Shown here: positions 56,356-64,000 of the stretch, piece after piece
How positions within the stretch are numbered: the first letter of the stretch is position 1
How the letters are laid out: each line of letters opens with the position of its first letter
IMG/VR virus record: IMGVR_UViG_3300027708_000033
Coordinates: 1 to 64,000 of that record
Length of the DNA: 64,000 nucleotides
Source of the DNA: a virus
Reading direction: 5' to 3' (one strand)
Notes under the pieces: model-generated
The model's input: only the letters and a program-made list of their open reading frames with translations
The model's database searches: none
What the model was told of the DNA's origin: nothing
Translations under genes and position numbers: made by a program

Positions 56356-57462
56356 TTAGGAGGTGTACATCTTGATTGTTAGGTTTCCAGAGCCAATTTC
56401 TGCAAGCGACTCAACACCGTTAACGGTCTTGCTAGCATACAAAGTCCAGCTCCCTGGGTCAACCATTCCCAATACCGATTGCGCTGTTGCATAAGGAATT
56501 GAGAAATCTACTCGTGACGGACTAATTAATACTACATACGCAGAATCCACAGTGACTGACTTGTTTCCACTCCAGTTGCGGACTATCACCTTAGGGCTCC
56601 AGCCAACTTGGTCAACAAAGATAGTGGTGTCTAGTCCCTTGCCGACAGTGCTAAACTGTGCTGGCGCACCGCTTAGACTTACGATGTCCAGCAGTGCATT
56701 AGCTGTAAGAGGTGCAGTTTTTGGTGTGTAGCGACGAGCACGCGGTGCATCAGGTGAGAATACTTTTGCACGTGCCTTTGCACCGTCTGGGTTCGCTGAT
56801 TTTAGGAACAAGTCGATTGCGTAAAGTCCTGTTCGAAGCTCAGCGATAAAGTCTTGGCTGTCAAGCAGTGTGTAGCTGACACCTTGGCGAGCAACAGATG
56901 TGACACGCTGAGGAAGCATGCAGTCGTCGTCACCTGCCCAAAGTTTTGCAAATTCAATAGCCAGTGTACGCGCAGCCATCTTACCAGCGGTTGGAACTGG
57001 AACTCCGTATGAATACGTGACTTCTACGTTACACGGCGTCCACAGCACTCCAGTCGATGCCTGGATAGTTGAATGGTCTACCAAGTAGTAGGAACTTGGG
57101 TCTAGTACTTGTCCATCGCGTGTACGAATTGCATGAATCTGGGTCACTGGACGCCCACGCAACTTGATGCGCGATTCAGGTGATAGACCGTCTGAAACTA
57201 ATTCAGCGTACTGGTTAAAGTCGGAGATTGGAAAGTTGTACGCTTCTCCGTTGATTAGAGATGCCGAATAGTTTTTTGATGAAGCTCCAAGGCGGTAACT
57301 TCTGTTAGCACACACGTATTTTTCTGTAACTGTCGTTATGCCGTTAAAGCGTCTTCCTGACATTGTCCACATGAGATACGACGCAGCTTCAACTGCTTCC
57401 TGTGCATACTCAGTGTTTGAGTACTGCCCAAGGTCACTTGCCGTAACCCAAAGACCAGTCAT
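56356..57462 (-). CDS. head-to-tail adaptor with C-terminal extra domain
   Basis: AS..MW.MSGRRF.G, VTY.YG..VP, LPQRVTSV.RQGVS, TG.YAID.FL..NP. Confidence 0.8.
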   Translation of the reverse strand: MTGLWVTASDLGQYSNTEYAQEAVEAASYLMWTMSGRRFNGITTVTEKYVCANRSYRLGASSKNYSASLINGEAYNFPISDFNQYAELVSDGLSPESRIKLRGRPVTQIHAIRTRDGQVLDPSSYYLVDHSTIQASTGVLWTPCNVEVTYSYGVPVPTAGKMAARTLAIEFAKLWAGDDDCMLPQRVTSVARQGVSYTLLDSQDFIAELRTGLYAIDLFLKSANPDGAKARAKVFSPDAPRARRYTPKTAPLTANALLDIVSLSGAPAQFSTVGKGLDTTIFVDQVGWSPKVIVRNWSGNKSVTVDSAYVVLISPSRVDFSIPYATAQSVLGMVDPGSWTLYASKTVNGVESLAEIGSGNLTIKMYTS

Positions 57463-57482
57463 TGTAAAACCTCTATCTTAGT

Positions 57483-57530
57483 AAAACGGGCGACACGTCT
57501 ATGAAATTGTTCAATAAGACGTGCCGCCCG
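57483..57530 (-). terminator. intrinsic terminator after the major tail gene
   Basis: CGGGCGGCACGTCT...AGACGTGTCGCCCG followed by TTTT. Confidence 0.8.
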
Positions 57531-57543
57531 ATTATTTTTGCTA

Positions 57544-59100
57544 TTAGGCGGTTGGGTCCTCGTTAGACTTGATAACGCGGTCAACTGCATAGTCAGGGTT
57601 GAAGCTGATGTTTCCAGGAACGTTGTATCCAGTTGTAGTTGAAGTACCTGCTTGACCAGATGAAACAGAAGCACCTGCAAGAGCACTAGTGGTTGTAATT
57701 GCAGTACCACGTGTGACCTGTACGACAGCTGCAGTAGATGGAGTTTCAGTAGCGTTAGCAGTGTGAGTAACAGCAACAGTGAAGCTGTTAGTTGTTACTG
57801 CAGTAATTGCCGAAGCAGTCACATTGAACTGAGTCGCAGTGAATCCTGTGACGGTAACTAGCTGTCCAACTACCAAGTTGTGCGCAGTAGATGTGTAGAC
57901 AGCGGCGGTTCCAGCAGCGTTTTCAGTAGCAACTGTAGCTGATACACGACGAGCAACTGAGATACCGGCACCTGAAGTACCTGACAGAGCAGTGAATGTA
58001 CCGTTGAAGATGTTACGAGTCACAACTGCAGTAGCGCTGTTAACCAGAGTAGTGCTTACAGCTGTAGCATTTGCCTTCGCATAAGTGATGTCGTTTGTTG
58101 ACACCGTTGCAACACCGTAAGTACCGTCAAACGCGCTATCACCAATCGACACAATAATCTTGTCACCAACAACAACACCGTGTCCTGATGCAAGAGTAAG
58201 CGTCACAGTAGTTGTTGTAGCAACCTTGTTAGTAACCTGGTAAGTTGCGTCAGCATTTCCAACTGTCAGCAAGTCACCGACACTGTATGTGTGGTTAGCT
58301 GTAGTGTTCAATGTGATTGCACCAGCAGTAGTGATTGCTGTGTCCTTGAGGGTGTAGTTGATACCATCAAGTGAAGTAACAGCTGTGTACTCTGGGCTAC
58401 CAAGCTCAGTAACACCTTCACCAGAGTAGTTCCAGGTGTAGAAGCCCTTTAGACCTAGTGGCGCGTAAGAAGCACGTGCGTAAGAGTACGGACGCTCTGC
58501 CGCAGTCGGGAACTCCCAGCGACCGTCAATACCTGACTTGAACTGAATGTTTCCTAGACCGTAGCCTTCGAATGTGGTCGCAAGCATGCCGTTTTCGATG
58601 ACGCGGTCACCTGACTGGCGGAGCTTAGCGTATGGGAATACCCACTGGAAGTAAGGAAGCGTAGTAGCCTTCTTGCCATCCTTGATAGCCCATGACCAGC
58701 ACTCAATCGCTACACCGTAACCTGCTGGGTCATCGCCTACAGCTGGAGCTGCCCAACCGATTGACTGGTTGTTAGTTGATGCGAATGTTCCAAGGTTCTT
58801 ACGGAGGAGCAGACCACCTGAGATTAGGTTAGTAAGTTCTGGGTCTGGCTCACAGATAGCAAGTTCTAGCTTGATACGCTTTAGCGTGTCTGGAGACTTG
58901 TATGTAACGCAGACTGCGCCGTTCGCTGACTTCTCAGTGATTTCGTCGCCTTCTTCGTATTCTGGTGTGAACGAGACACGCATGAAAGCTGATGTCGTGT
59001 AGCTGTCACCAGGTGAATTTAGTAGGTTACCAGAAGAATCCAGACGAGTGACGCGAATTGACACACCCTGGATGCTTGCTGCATAGTCTTGAGTAGGCAT
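57544..59100 (-). CDS. major tail protein with inserted beta-domains
   Basis: RVTRLD..G, EYEEG.EI..K.ANG..C, L.IC..DP, AIE.WS, YF.WVFP. Confidence 0.85.
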   Translation of the reverse strand: MPTQDYAASIQGVSIRVTRLDSSGNLLNSPGDSYTTSAFMRVSFTPEYEEGDEITEKSANGAVCVTYKSPDTLKRIKLELAICEPDPELTNLISGGLLLRKNLGTFASTNNQSIGWAAPAVGDDPAGYGVAIECWSWAIKDGKKATTLPYFQWVFPYAKLRQSGDRVIENGMLATTFEGYGLGNIQFKSGIDGRWEFPTAAERPYSYARASYAPLGLKGFYTWNYSGEGVTELGSPEYTAVTSLDGINYTLKDTAITTAGAITLNTTANHTYSVGDLLTVGNADATYQVTNKVATTTTVTLTLASGHGVVVGDKIIVSIGDSAFDGTYGVATVSTNDITYAKANATAVSTTLVNSATAVVTRNIFNGTFTALSGTSGAGISVARRVSATVATENAAGTAAVYTSTAHNLVVGQLVTVTGFTATQFNVTASAITAVTTNSFTVAVTHTANATETPSTAAVVQVTRGTAITTTSALAGASVSSGQAGTSTTTGYNVPGNISFNPDYAVDRVIKSNEDPTA

Positions 59101-59118
59101 TTACCTATTCTCCTTTTG

Positions 59119-60264
59119 TTAGTTAGTCAGCGTCAAGTCGACCTTGACGCCTAGGTGGATGGATGTATCAAAGTAAACTGCGGCTGCCCGAGTCGCCTTG
59201 ATTCTCATGTCATTCTTGTTGCCAGTGACGTCATAGCCTTGAGCTAGGTTGTCATTTACCACGTCTGGTTTTCCGAGATAGACTCGAACTTCACCTGACG
59301 CGTAAATCCATTTGTAGCGGCTATCCGCCTGCATTTGAGCTGTTCCGCCTGTGGACGCTACTGATGTTACATCTGTTGCTGTTTTAGCGTAGTTGATAGT
59401 TTTTCCAGCAGTACCAGTTGTTGTTGTATAAGTACCATTGAACGTAGCGTCAACACCTGTGACAATTACAGTGTCACCTACGGCAAGTCCGTGGTTGTTT
59501 GCTGTAGTAAGTGTCACAACGTTTGAGGCAAGAGCCTTATTAGTAACGTTTACAACTGGTCCGTTACCTGAATAGCCAGAGCCGACTACTAGTGGAGTGC
59601 CACCAAATGTTTGTAGATGCTGACGAAAACCTTTAGAATCGTAGGTATCAAATACCATTTGATTGTAAGAACTAAGAACAGCGGCAGTGTCGCGAGTCAT
59701 GTGAATCCAACCCTGCTCACCGCCAGAAGAGTACTGACCGATTTGATACTCAAGAACACTAACGCCGTGCTTTACTGAGATTGCAGCACCGTTTGTTGCA
59801 GGGTCTGCGACTGCACCGGCTGAGGTACGTCCTGGAAGAATGGTGACAGATGCACCTTTTGTAAGATACGGGTTTACAAGGTCTGTGCCTGTTCCTTGAA
59901 GTGCAACCGAGCCGTCCCAAAGTTCTAGCTCAACAGCTTTCTGTGTGCAACCTTCTAGCTGACGAATAACTCTAGCGAAACGGTCTACACCAGGAGCGCC
60001 GAATGTAGAGGCGTAGTCTTCTGCCTCAATAAAAAATGGTATGTGGTAACTGTACCTAGCAGCGCCAGGATTATTGTCTACAACGTATGAAGTCGTGCTT
60101 GTTTCGTCCCAGTTACGGACGTAGTTAGGAGTGGTCTCCCACTGTTGGTAAAATCCGCGAACCCACTTTTCTTCTTCTTCTGGATTTTGTGGTTCGAAGA
60201 TAGAAAATAGCCCAAAGGCGGAAGGAACGATTTTCGGTGCATCAAAACTGCCATCGAACGCCAT
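59119..60264 (-). CDS. second capsid protein (pentamer-type, Rosebush-like arrangement)
   Basis: Directly after the MCP gene; Q.AVE.ELW.G, G.IHM, T..GTPLVVGSGY, WIYASG, N.....A.R. Confidence 0.65.
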   Translation of the reverse strand: MAFDGSFDAPKIVPSAFGLFSIFEPQNPEEEEKWVRGFYQQWETTPNYVRNWDETSTTSYVVDNNPGAARYSYHIPFFIEAEDYASTFGAPGVDRFARVIRQLEGCTQKAVELELWDGSVALQGTGTDLVNPYLTKGASVTILPGRTSAGAVADPATNGAAISVKHGVSVLEYQIGQYSSGGEQGWIHMTRDTAAVLSSYNQMVFDTYDSKGFRQHLQTFGGTPLVVGSGYSGNGPVVNVTNKALASNVVTLTTANNHGLAVGDTVIVTGVDATFNGTYTTTTGTAGKTINYAKTATDVTSVASTGGTAQMQADSRYKWIYASGEVRVYLGKPDVVNDNLAQGYDVTGNKNDMRIKATRAAAVYFDTSIHLGVKVDLTLTN

Positions 60265-60304
60265 GGTTTTCCTTTATCTATAAAATCTAAGATTCTTATT
60301 GTCA

Positions 60305-60328
60305 GGGTGACCTCCGAAGAGGCCACCC
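60305..60328 (-). terminator. GC-rich UUCG hairpin between the capsid genes (attenuator/stabiliser)
   Basis: GGGTGGCCTC-TTCG-GAGGTCACCC with no downstream U-tract. Confidence 0.7.
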
Positions 60329-60349
60329 CAACAAAAGAGTTTTGTTCGA

Positions 60350-62650
60350 CTATAGGTCGAACGATGCTGCAGAAGCAGACGGTGTTACAAGAGCTGCGGC
60401 AGCTCCAGTTACGTTGATGGTTGAGGTAACGACTAGAGATTCGATACCGACCTTTGCAACGTTCTCGAATGTTTCGATGAACATCTTGTAGTCGTTGGTG
60501 CCAACTAGGGTGCTGTCACGGATGATTCCAAGGTCTAGGTTTCCGCCGTCTAGGAACAAGAATGTACCTTCAGCGAACAAGAACCAGCGGAATGTGTCAG
60601 GGAACTCAAGCATTGCACCGGCGCTTTGGGCACCGAATACACCGTTGTTTGAGCTGTCATCTAGGTGAACAACAACGTCAACGTTTAGAGATGACATGAA
60701 GCCTTCAATCTCTGCTCTTGATGCAGACAGAGTACCGTCACCTGGCATTGCCAAGGTTAGGTCAGCTGCGATAACATCTAGAACCCATGCCGGCATGATT
60801 GCCTTCAGACGAGTCTGAGGGTCAAGACGGTGGCGTGAACGGTATGCTGCACATGCGCGACGTACCTGAACTAGGAAGTCACGAGCAACACCGAAGTTGT
60901 TAACTGATGTGACTGCAGTAGAACCGGCAGTAATCTTCGCTAGCAAGTTGTCCTCTGCCTCACGAGCGTGCTGTACTAGAGCAAGTTCGTTGTGACGAGC
61001 AATCAACTCTGGGTAAGCACGAGTAGCCAAGTTACCAAACTGTAGCTGTAGTGTTACAGCGTCAGTTGCAACAGTGGTTTCAGTAGCTGCAGATACAGTG
61101 TATGAACCTTTTGTTGTAACTGGAGTAGCTGTACCAGCTGCTGTTGTAGTACCAGTGATGTCAGCAACACCTGTCGATGAGAACGAGATGCTTGTTGTAG
61201 TCGAGTCAGTGACAGTAACACCCTTTAGAGCAGCTAGGTTAGTGATACCTGTGGTACCAGCAAAGTCAACCTTTGCACCTACTGGAATTGTGTTGCTTGT
61301 TACTGTAATCGTGTACTTACCACCTGAAGCAGCAGCTACTGTCTGAGTAGGAACTACCAATGCAGTTGCACCGTTGTAACCGTACTGGTCGATACCTGAT
61401 GTCCAGATACCTACAGCACTGTCGTATGTGCTACCTGCGAAGCTAGGTGGAACGATGAAGCGGATACCGCCACGGTCAGCCTGGAAGCGTGGCAAAGAGT
61501 CACGAATTGGGCGGATTGTGGTAGAACCGATTGCAAAGATGTCATACTTTACTTCGAACGGAGTAGAGATACCACCAGAAGCGATAAGTGCCTCAGGTCC
61601 TGCTACTGCCTGAATCTTAGTCCAGTTTGATTCTGCATCGGTTGTCAGAGTGCGTGCCTCTGGGTACGAGGTGGTGAAGGATGCAACGATATGCTGCTCT
61701 CCGTCTCCTCCGTTGACACGGCGAAGCGAGTGGATACGCTTTTCCATAGCTGATGCTACTTCGCTCAAGTTGTCGATTGTGCTGCCGGCTGTGTAGCCAG
61801 GGATGTCGGCACCAGCGGTAATTGCTACTGGATTCTTCTCTACTACCTGAACTACAGGCTGACGGTCAGCTGGAGCCTCGAAAGGCTGTTCTGCTGTGGC
61901 GGTCACTGGGGCCTGCTCTTCCTGCTGAACTTCTTCAGCAATTGTGGTTTCTTCTGGGTTTGTTTCTTCGGCAGACGCAGTTACTGCGGCTTCCTCAGCG
62001 GCTGGGGTCTCAATAACCTCAGCAGTGGTTGTTGTTTCGGTCGAAAGCTCTAAACCTTCTACCACAGTAGCAGACGCTTCGATGGATTCGACTGAGGCTT
62101 CAGCAGGATTTTTGTCCTTCTTGTCCTCAGTAGTCTCTTCCTCTGGAGTCTCCTTAGCCTCTTCCTCTGGAGTACCTTCCTCAACCATGCCAGGCTGTTC
62201 AGCTGGCATATCTGTTGGGGTTTCTACTACAGGGGTTTCTTCGGCCGGAGCCTCGGCGGGAGCGTCTTTAGGAGTGCCTTCAGCCATAGCTGCTTCATCA
62301 GCGGCTACATACTCGGCAGCAACTTTTTCAGCTGGGGCGGCGTCCTCTACAGGAGCCTCCTCGGCAGGAGTTGCTTCTCCATCAACATTTCCATCTTCGT
62401 TTCCCTTTACGCGATCAGCTGCAGCGGCTGCCTGTGTGGCTAGCTCCTGTGCGGCTGCTTCGCGACGCTTTGATTCGCCCTTGCAGGCGTCAAGCATATC
62501 GGCAAGCGATGTCATAGCGTCAACTGACTCGGCAGTTGGGTCAGTGCTTGAGACTGAGTCGAACTCGGCGACAATTGACTGCTGCAGCTCGGCGATTTGT
62601 TCATCGCTTAGCTGCGACAGGTTGTCGACCTGTGACTTAATCTGGTCCAC
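60350..62650 (-). CDS. major capsid (hexamer-type) protein with long acidic N-terminal scaffold-like region
   Basis: AAGGAGG RBS; LIASGG...YD, LP.F.A.RGGIRF, FGN...AYPE, FLFLDGG.LDLGIIRDS.L...ND...F.E.FE. Confidence 0.85.
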   Translation of the reverse strand: MDQIKSQVDNLSQLSDEQIAELQQSIVAEFDSVSSTDPTAESVDAMTSLADMLDACKGESKRREAAAQELATQAAAAADRVKGNEDGNVDGEATPAEEAPVEDAAPAEKVAAEYVAADEAAMAEGTPKDAPAEAPAEETPVVETPTDMPAEQPGMVEEGTPEEEAKETPEEETTEDKKDKNPAEASVESIEASATVVEGLELSTETTTTAEVIETPAAEEAAVTASAEETNPEETTIAEEVQQEEQAPVTATAEQPFEAPADRQPVVQVVEKNPVAITAGADIPGYTAGSTIDNLSEVASAMEKRIHSLRRVNGGDGEQHIVASFTTSYPEARTLTTDAESNWTKIQAVAGPEALIASGGISTPFEVKYDIFAIGSTTIRPIRDSLPRFQADRGGIRFIVPPSFAGSTYDSAVGIWTSGIDQYGYNGATALVVPTQTVAAASGGKYTITVTSNTIPVGAKVDFAGTTGITNLAALKGVTVTDSTTTSISFSSTGVADITGTTTAAGTATPVTTKGSYTVSAATETTVATDAVTLQLQFGNLATRAYPELIARHNELALVQHAREAEDNLLAKITAGSTAVTSVNNFGVARDFLVQVRRACAAYRSRHRLDPQTRLKAIMPAWVLDVIAADLTLAMPGDGTLSASRAEIEGFMSSLNVDVVVHLDDSSNNGVFGAQSAGAMLEFPDTFRWFLFAEGTFLFLDGGNLDLGIIRDSTLVGTNDYKMFIETFENVAKVGIESLVVTSTINVTGAAAALVTPSASAASFDL

Positions 62651-62770
62651 TGTTCCTCCTTAGGACAGTTGTCGTGAGTGGATTTCACTCACTTGCTGTT
62701 GGTCCAAAGTAAAGGGACTCCACACATTTGCGTGCAGGCACTCCACCCTGTTTTTTATTGTATATTGCTT

Positions 62771-64000
62771 CTAAGTTAGTAATCGGAGCATTTTGCTGAG
62801 TTCAGCAGAGATGTTGCTCTGCGTCATCAGCTGTCCGCCAGATAAATAACTTTGAAGCCCTGCGGTTGCCTGGTCGGCTTCCTTTTTGCCAATACGCTTT
62901 TCCACGCGTGCCATCATGTCCTTAGTCAACTTCTGCAAAGGAGCTGGCAAGTCAGTGAAACGCATCTTCTTAGTATCATGGCCGAACGGCAATGGCGAGT
63001 TTGCCACCGCAGTTCCAAGTTGTGCAGTTGCCAACTGAATGTTTTCCAGCGAGTCCCTGTTTAAGGCACCGGTTTCCATCCTGTGGACAGTGTCCATAAG
63101 CTGAGATGCTGCACGAGCCGAGGCAACATAATGCCCTGAATCGTGCAACTTCTCAACTCTTTCTGCAAGTTTTTGCTCATTAGTTAGGCCTGCAGCACCA
63201 AGAGAATCCTTGAGAACTGCTAATACCTTACGGAACTTACCCTTTGAGTCACGCGGCTGAGTCTCGAAGGTGTACTTAGTACGACCTTCATCTACTGGCT
63301 CAGCCGCGAATGCTTTTCCCAGGCTCTCCTGGGCAGCTGCAACTCGTGCCTTTAGGTCACTAGCGCTTGCACGCAATGAATCCTTTGCAGTTGGGCTCTT
63401 CCAGTTGTCTGGAATAAGTTCTGGCTTTTTGAGTTCGTTAGCTCGCTTGATGATTAGGTCCTTTACAGCCTTTTCCTTTCCAACTGGTGCACGACCGTAC
63501 GCATGAATTGCGTTCTTTAGGTCTGCCACGTTGCGGATTGGATAAGAGCCGTCTGGCATTGCGTGACCTTTATCAGCAAGCTTCATACGAGTCTCGTGGT
63601 TGATTACTTCAAAGTACGCCTGGCTGTTCACACGGGTAGCCAATTCTGCTGCTTTTGCAGCTAAATCTGCTTTGCCACCAAACTGCTCTAGAGTCTTGAT
63701 TCTGGCAGCCAATTCTGCGATTGGGTCTGACTTCATCTTGGCAAGTGTAGCTGCGCCTGCAGCAACTAGAGCCATAACTTGACCAGATGCGACACGAGCA
63801 CGAGCAATCGGGAAGCCTGGCACGTTGACCTGGCAGACTGCAACTAACTCTAGTGAACCGCGGATTGGACGCCAGTCACCTGACGGTGCTGATGCACGAA
63901 TTGCACGAATCTGCTCTGGTGTAGTGCCTGGACGTAGTGCTCCAGATACCCAGATTCCGTGAGCATCTTCGCCTGCAGAAACATCAGCAAACGATGACGC
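62771..64000 (-). CDS. capsid maturation protease, 3' part (runs off right edge), with extra C-terminal domains
   Basis: Frame open to 64000: ADV.AGED.HGIWVSGALRP...SGDWR....LELVA...VNVPGFP; then AMPDGSYPI...IP..W and QPRD.KGKF. Confidence 0.8.
   Translation of the reverse strand, partial: ASSFADVSAGEDAHGIWVSGALRPGTTPEQIRAIRASAPSGDWRPIRGSLELVAVCQVNVPGFPIARARVASGQVMALVAAGAATLAKMKSDPIAELAARIKTLEQFGGKADLAAKAAELATRVNSQAYFEVINHETRMKLADKGHAMPDGSYPIRNVADLKNAIHAYGRAPVGKEKAVKDLIIKRANELKKPELIPDNWKSPTAKDSLRASASDLKARVAAAQESLGKAFAAEPVDEGRTKYTFETQPRDSKGKFRKVLAVLKDSLGAAGLTNEQKLAERVEKLHDSGHYVASARAASQLMDTVHRMETGALNRDSLENIQLATAQLGTAVANSPLPFGHDTKKMRFTDLPAPLQKLTKDMMARVEKRIGKKEADQATAGLQSYLSGGQLMTQSNISAELSKMLRLLT

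Noticed and set aside
8581-62663. Many antisense track ORFs inside structural and replication genes (e.g. 16625-17089, 20751-21284, 61944-62663)
   Set aside because: Shadow frames produced by biased codon usage of Thr/Ala/Gly-rich sense genes
1-64000. Stop-codon reassignment, inteins/introns, diversity-generating retroelement, integrase
   Set aside because: Genes are intact and dense under the standard code; no intein motifs or interruptions in nrdJ, polA or the helicases; no reverse transcriptase or recombinase in this window

Overview
A 64-kb segment of a large tailed (siphovirus-like) bacteriophage genome. The host is probably an Actinomycetota: there are two WhiB genes, DUF3039, NrdH and a tmRNA tag ending in FALAA. 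The moderate GC content would fit freshwater lineages, but that is an inference. From left to right: (1) small early-type ORFs, an unassigned structured ncRNA candidate, tRNA-Trp and a complete tmRNA; (2) a cobalamin-centred nucleotide cassette (class II RNR NrdJ, PduO adenosyltransferase, a putative B12-binding exported protein, NrdH); (3) a plus-strand cassette of three ~1,060-aa fibre/structural proteins; (4) replication, recombination and nucleotide genes (primase-helicase, SSB, AAA ATPase, Cas4-like nuclease, SNF2 helicase, RuvC-like, PolA) mixed with a probable cytosine-hypermodification pathway and further glycosyl/methyltransferases; (5) the minus-strand morphogenesis operon, from a partial capsid protease through two capsid proteins and the tail genes to a tail fibre. 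The most striking observations are nested ('Russian-doll') domain insertions in several tail proteins, the T4-like dCMP-modification set with a kinase-UDG-like fusion, the B12 cassette, and the unassigned ncRNA. All assignments are by eye from motifs; no searches were run.
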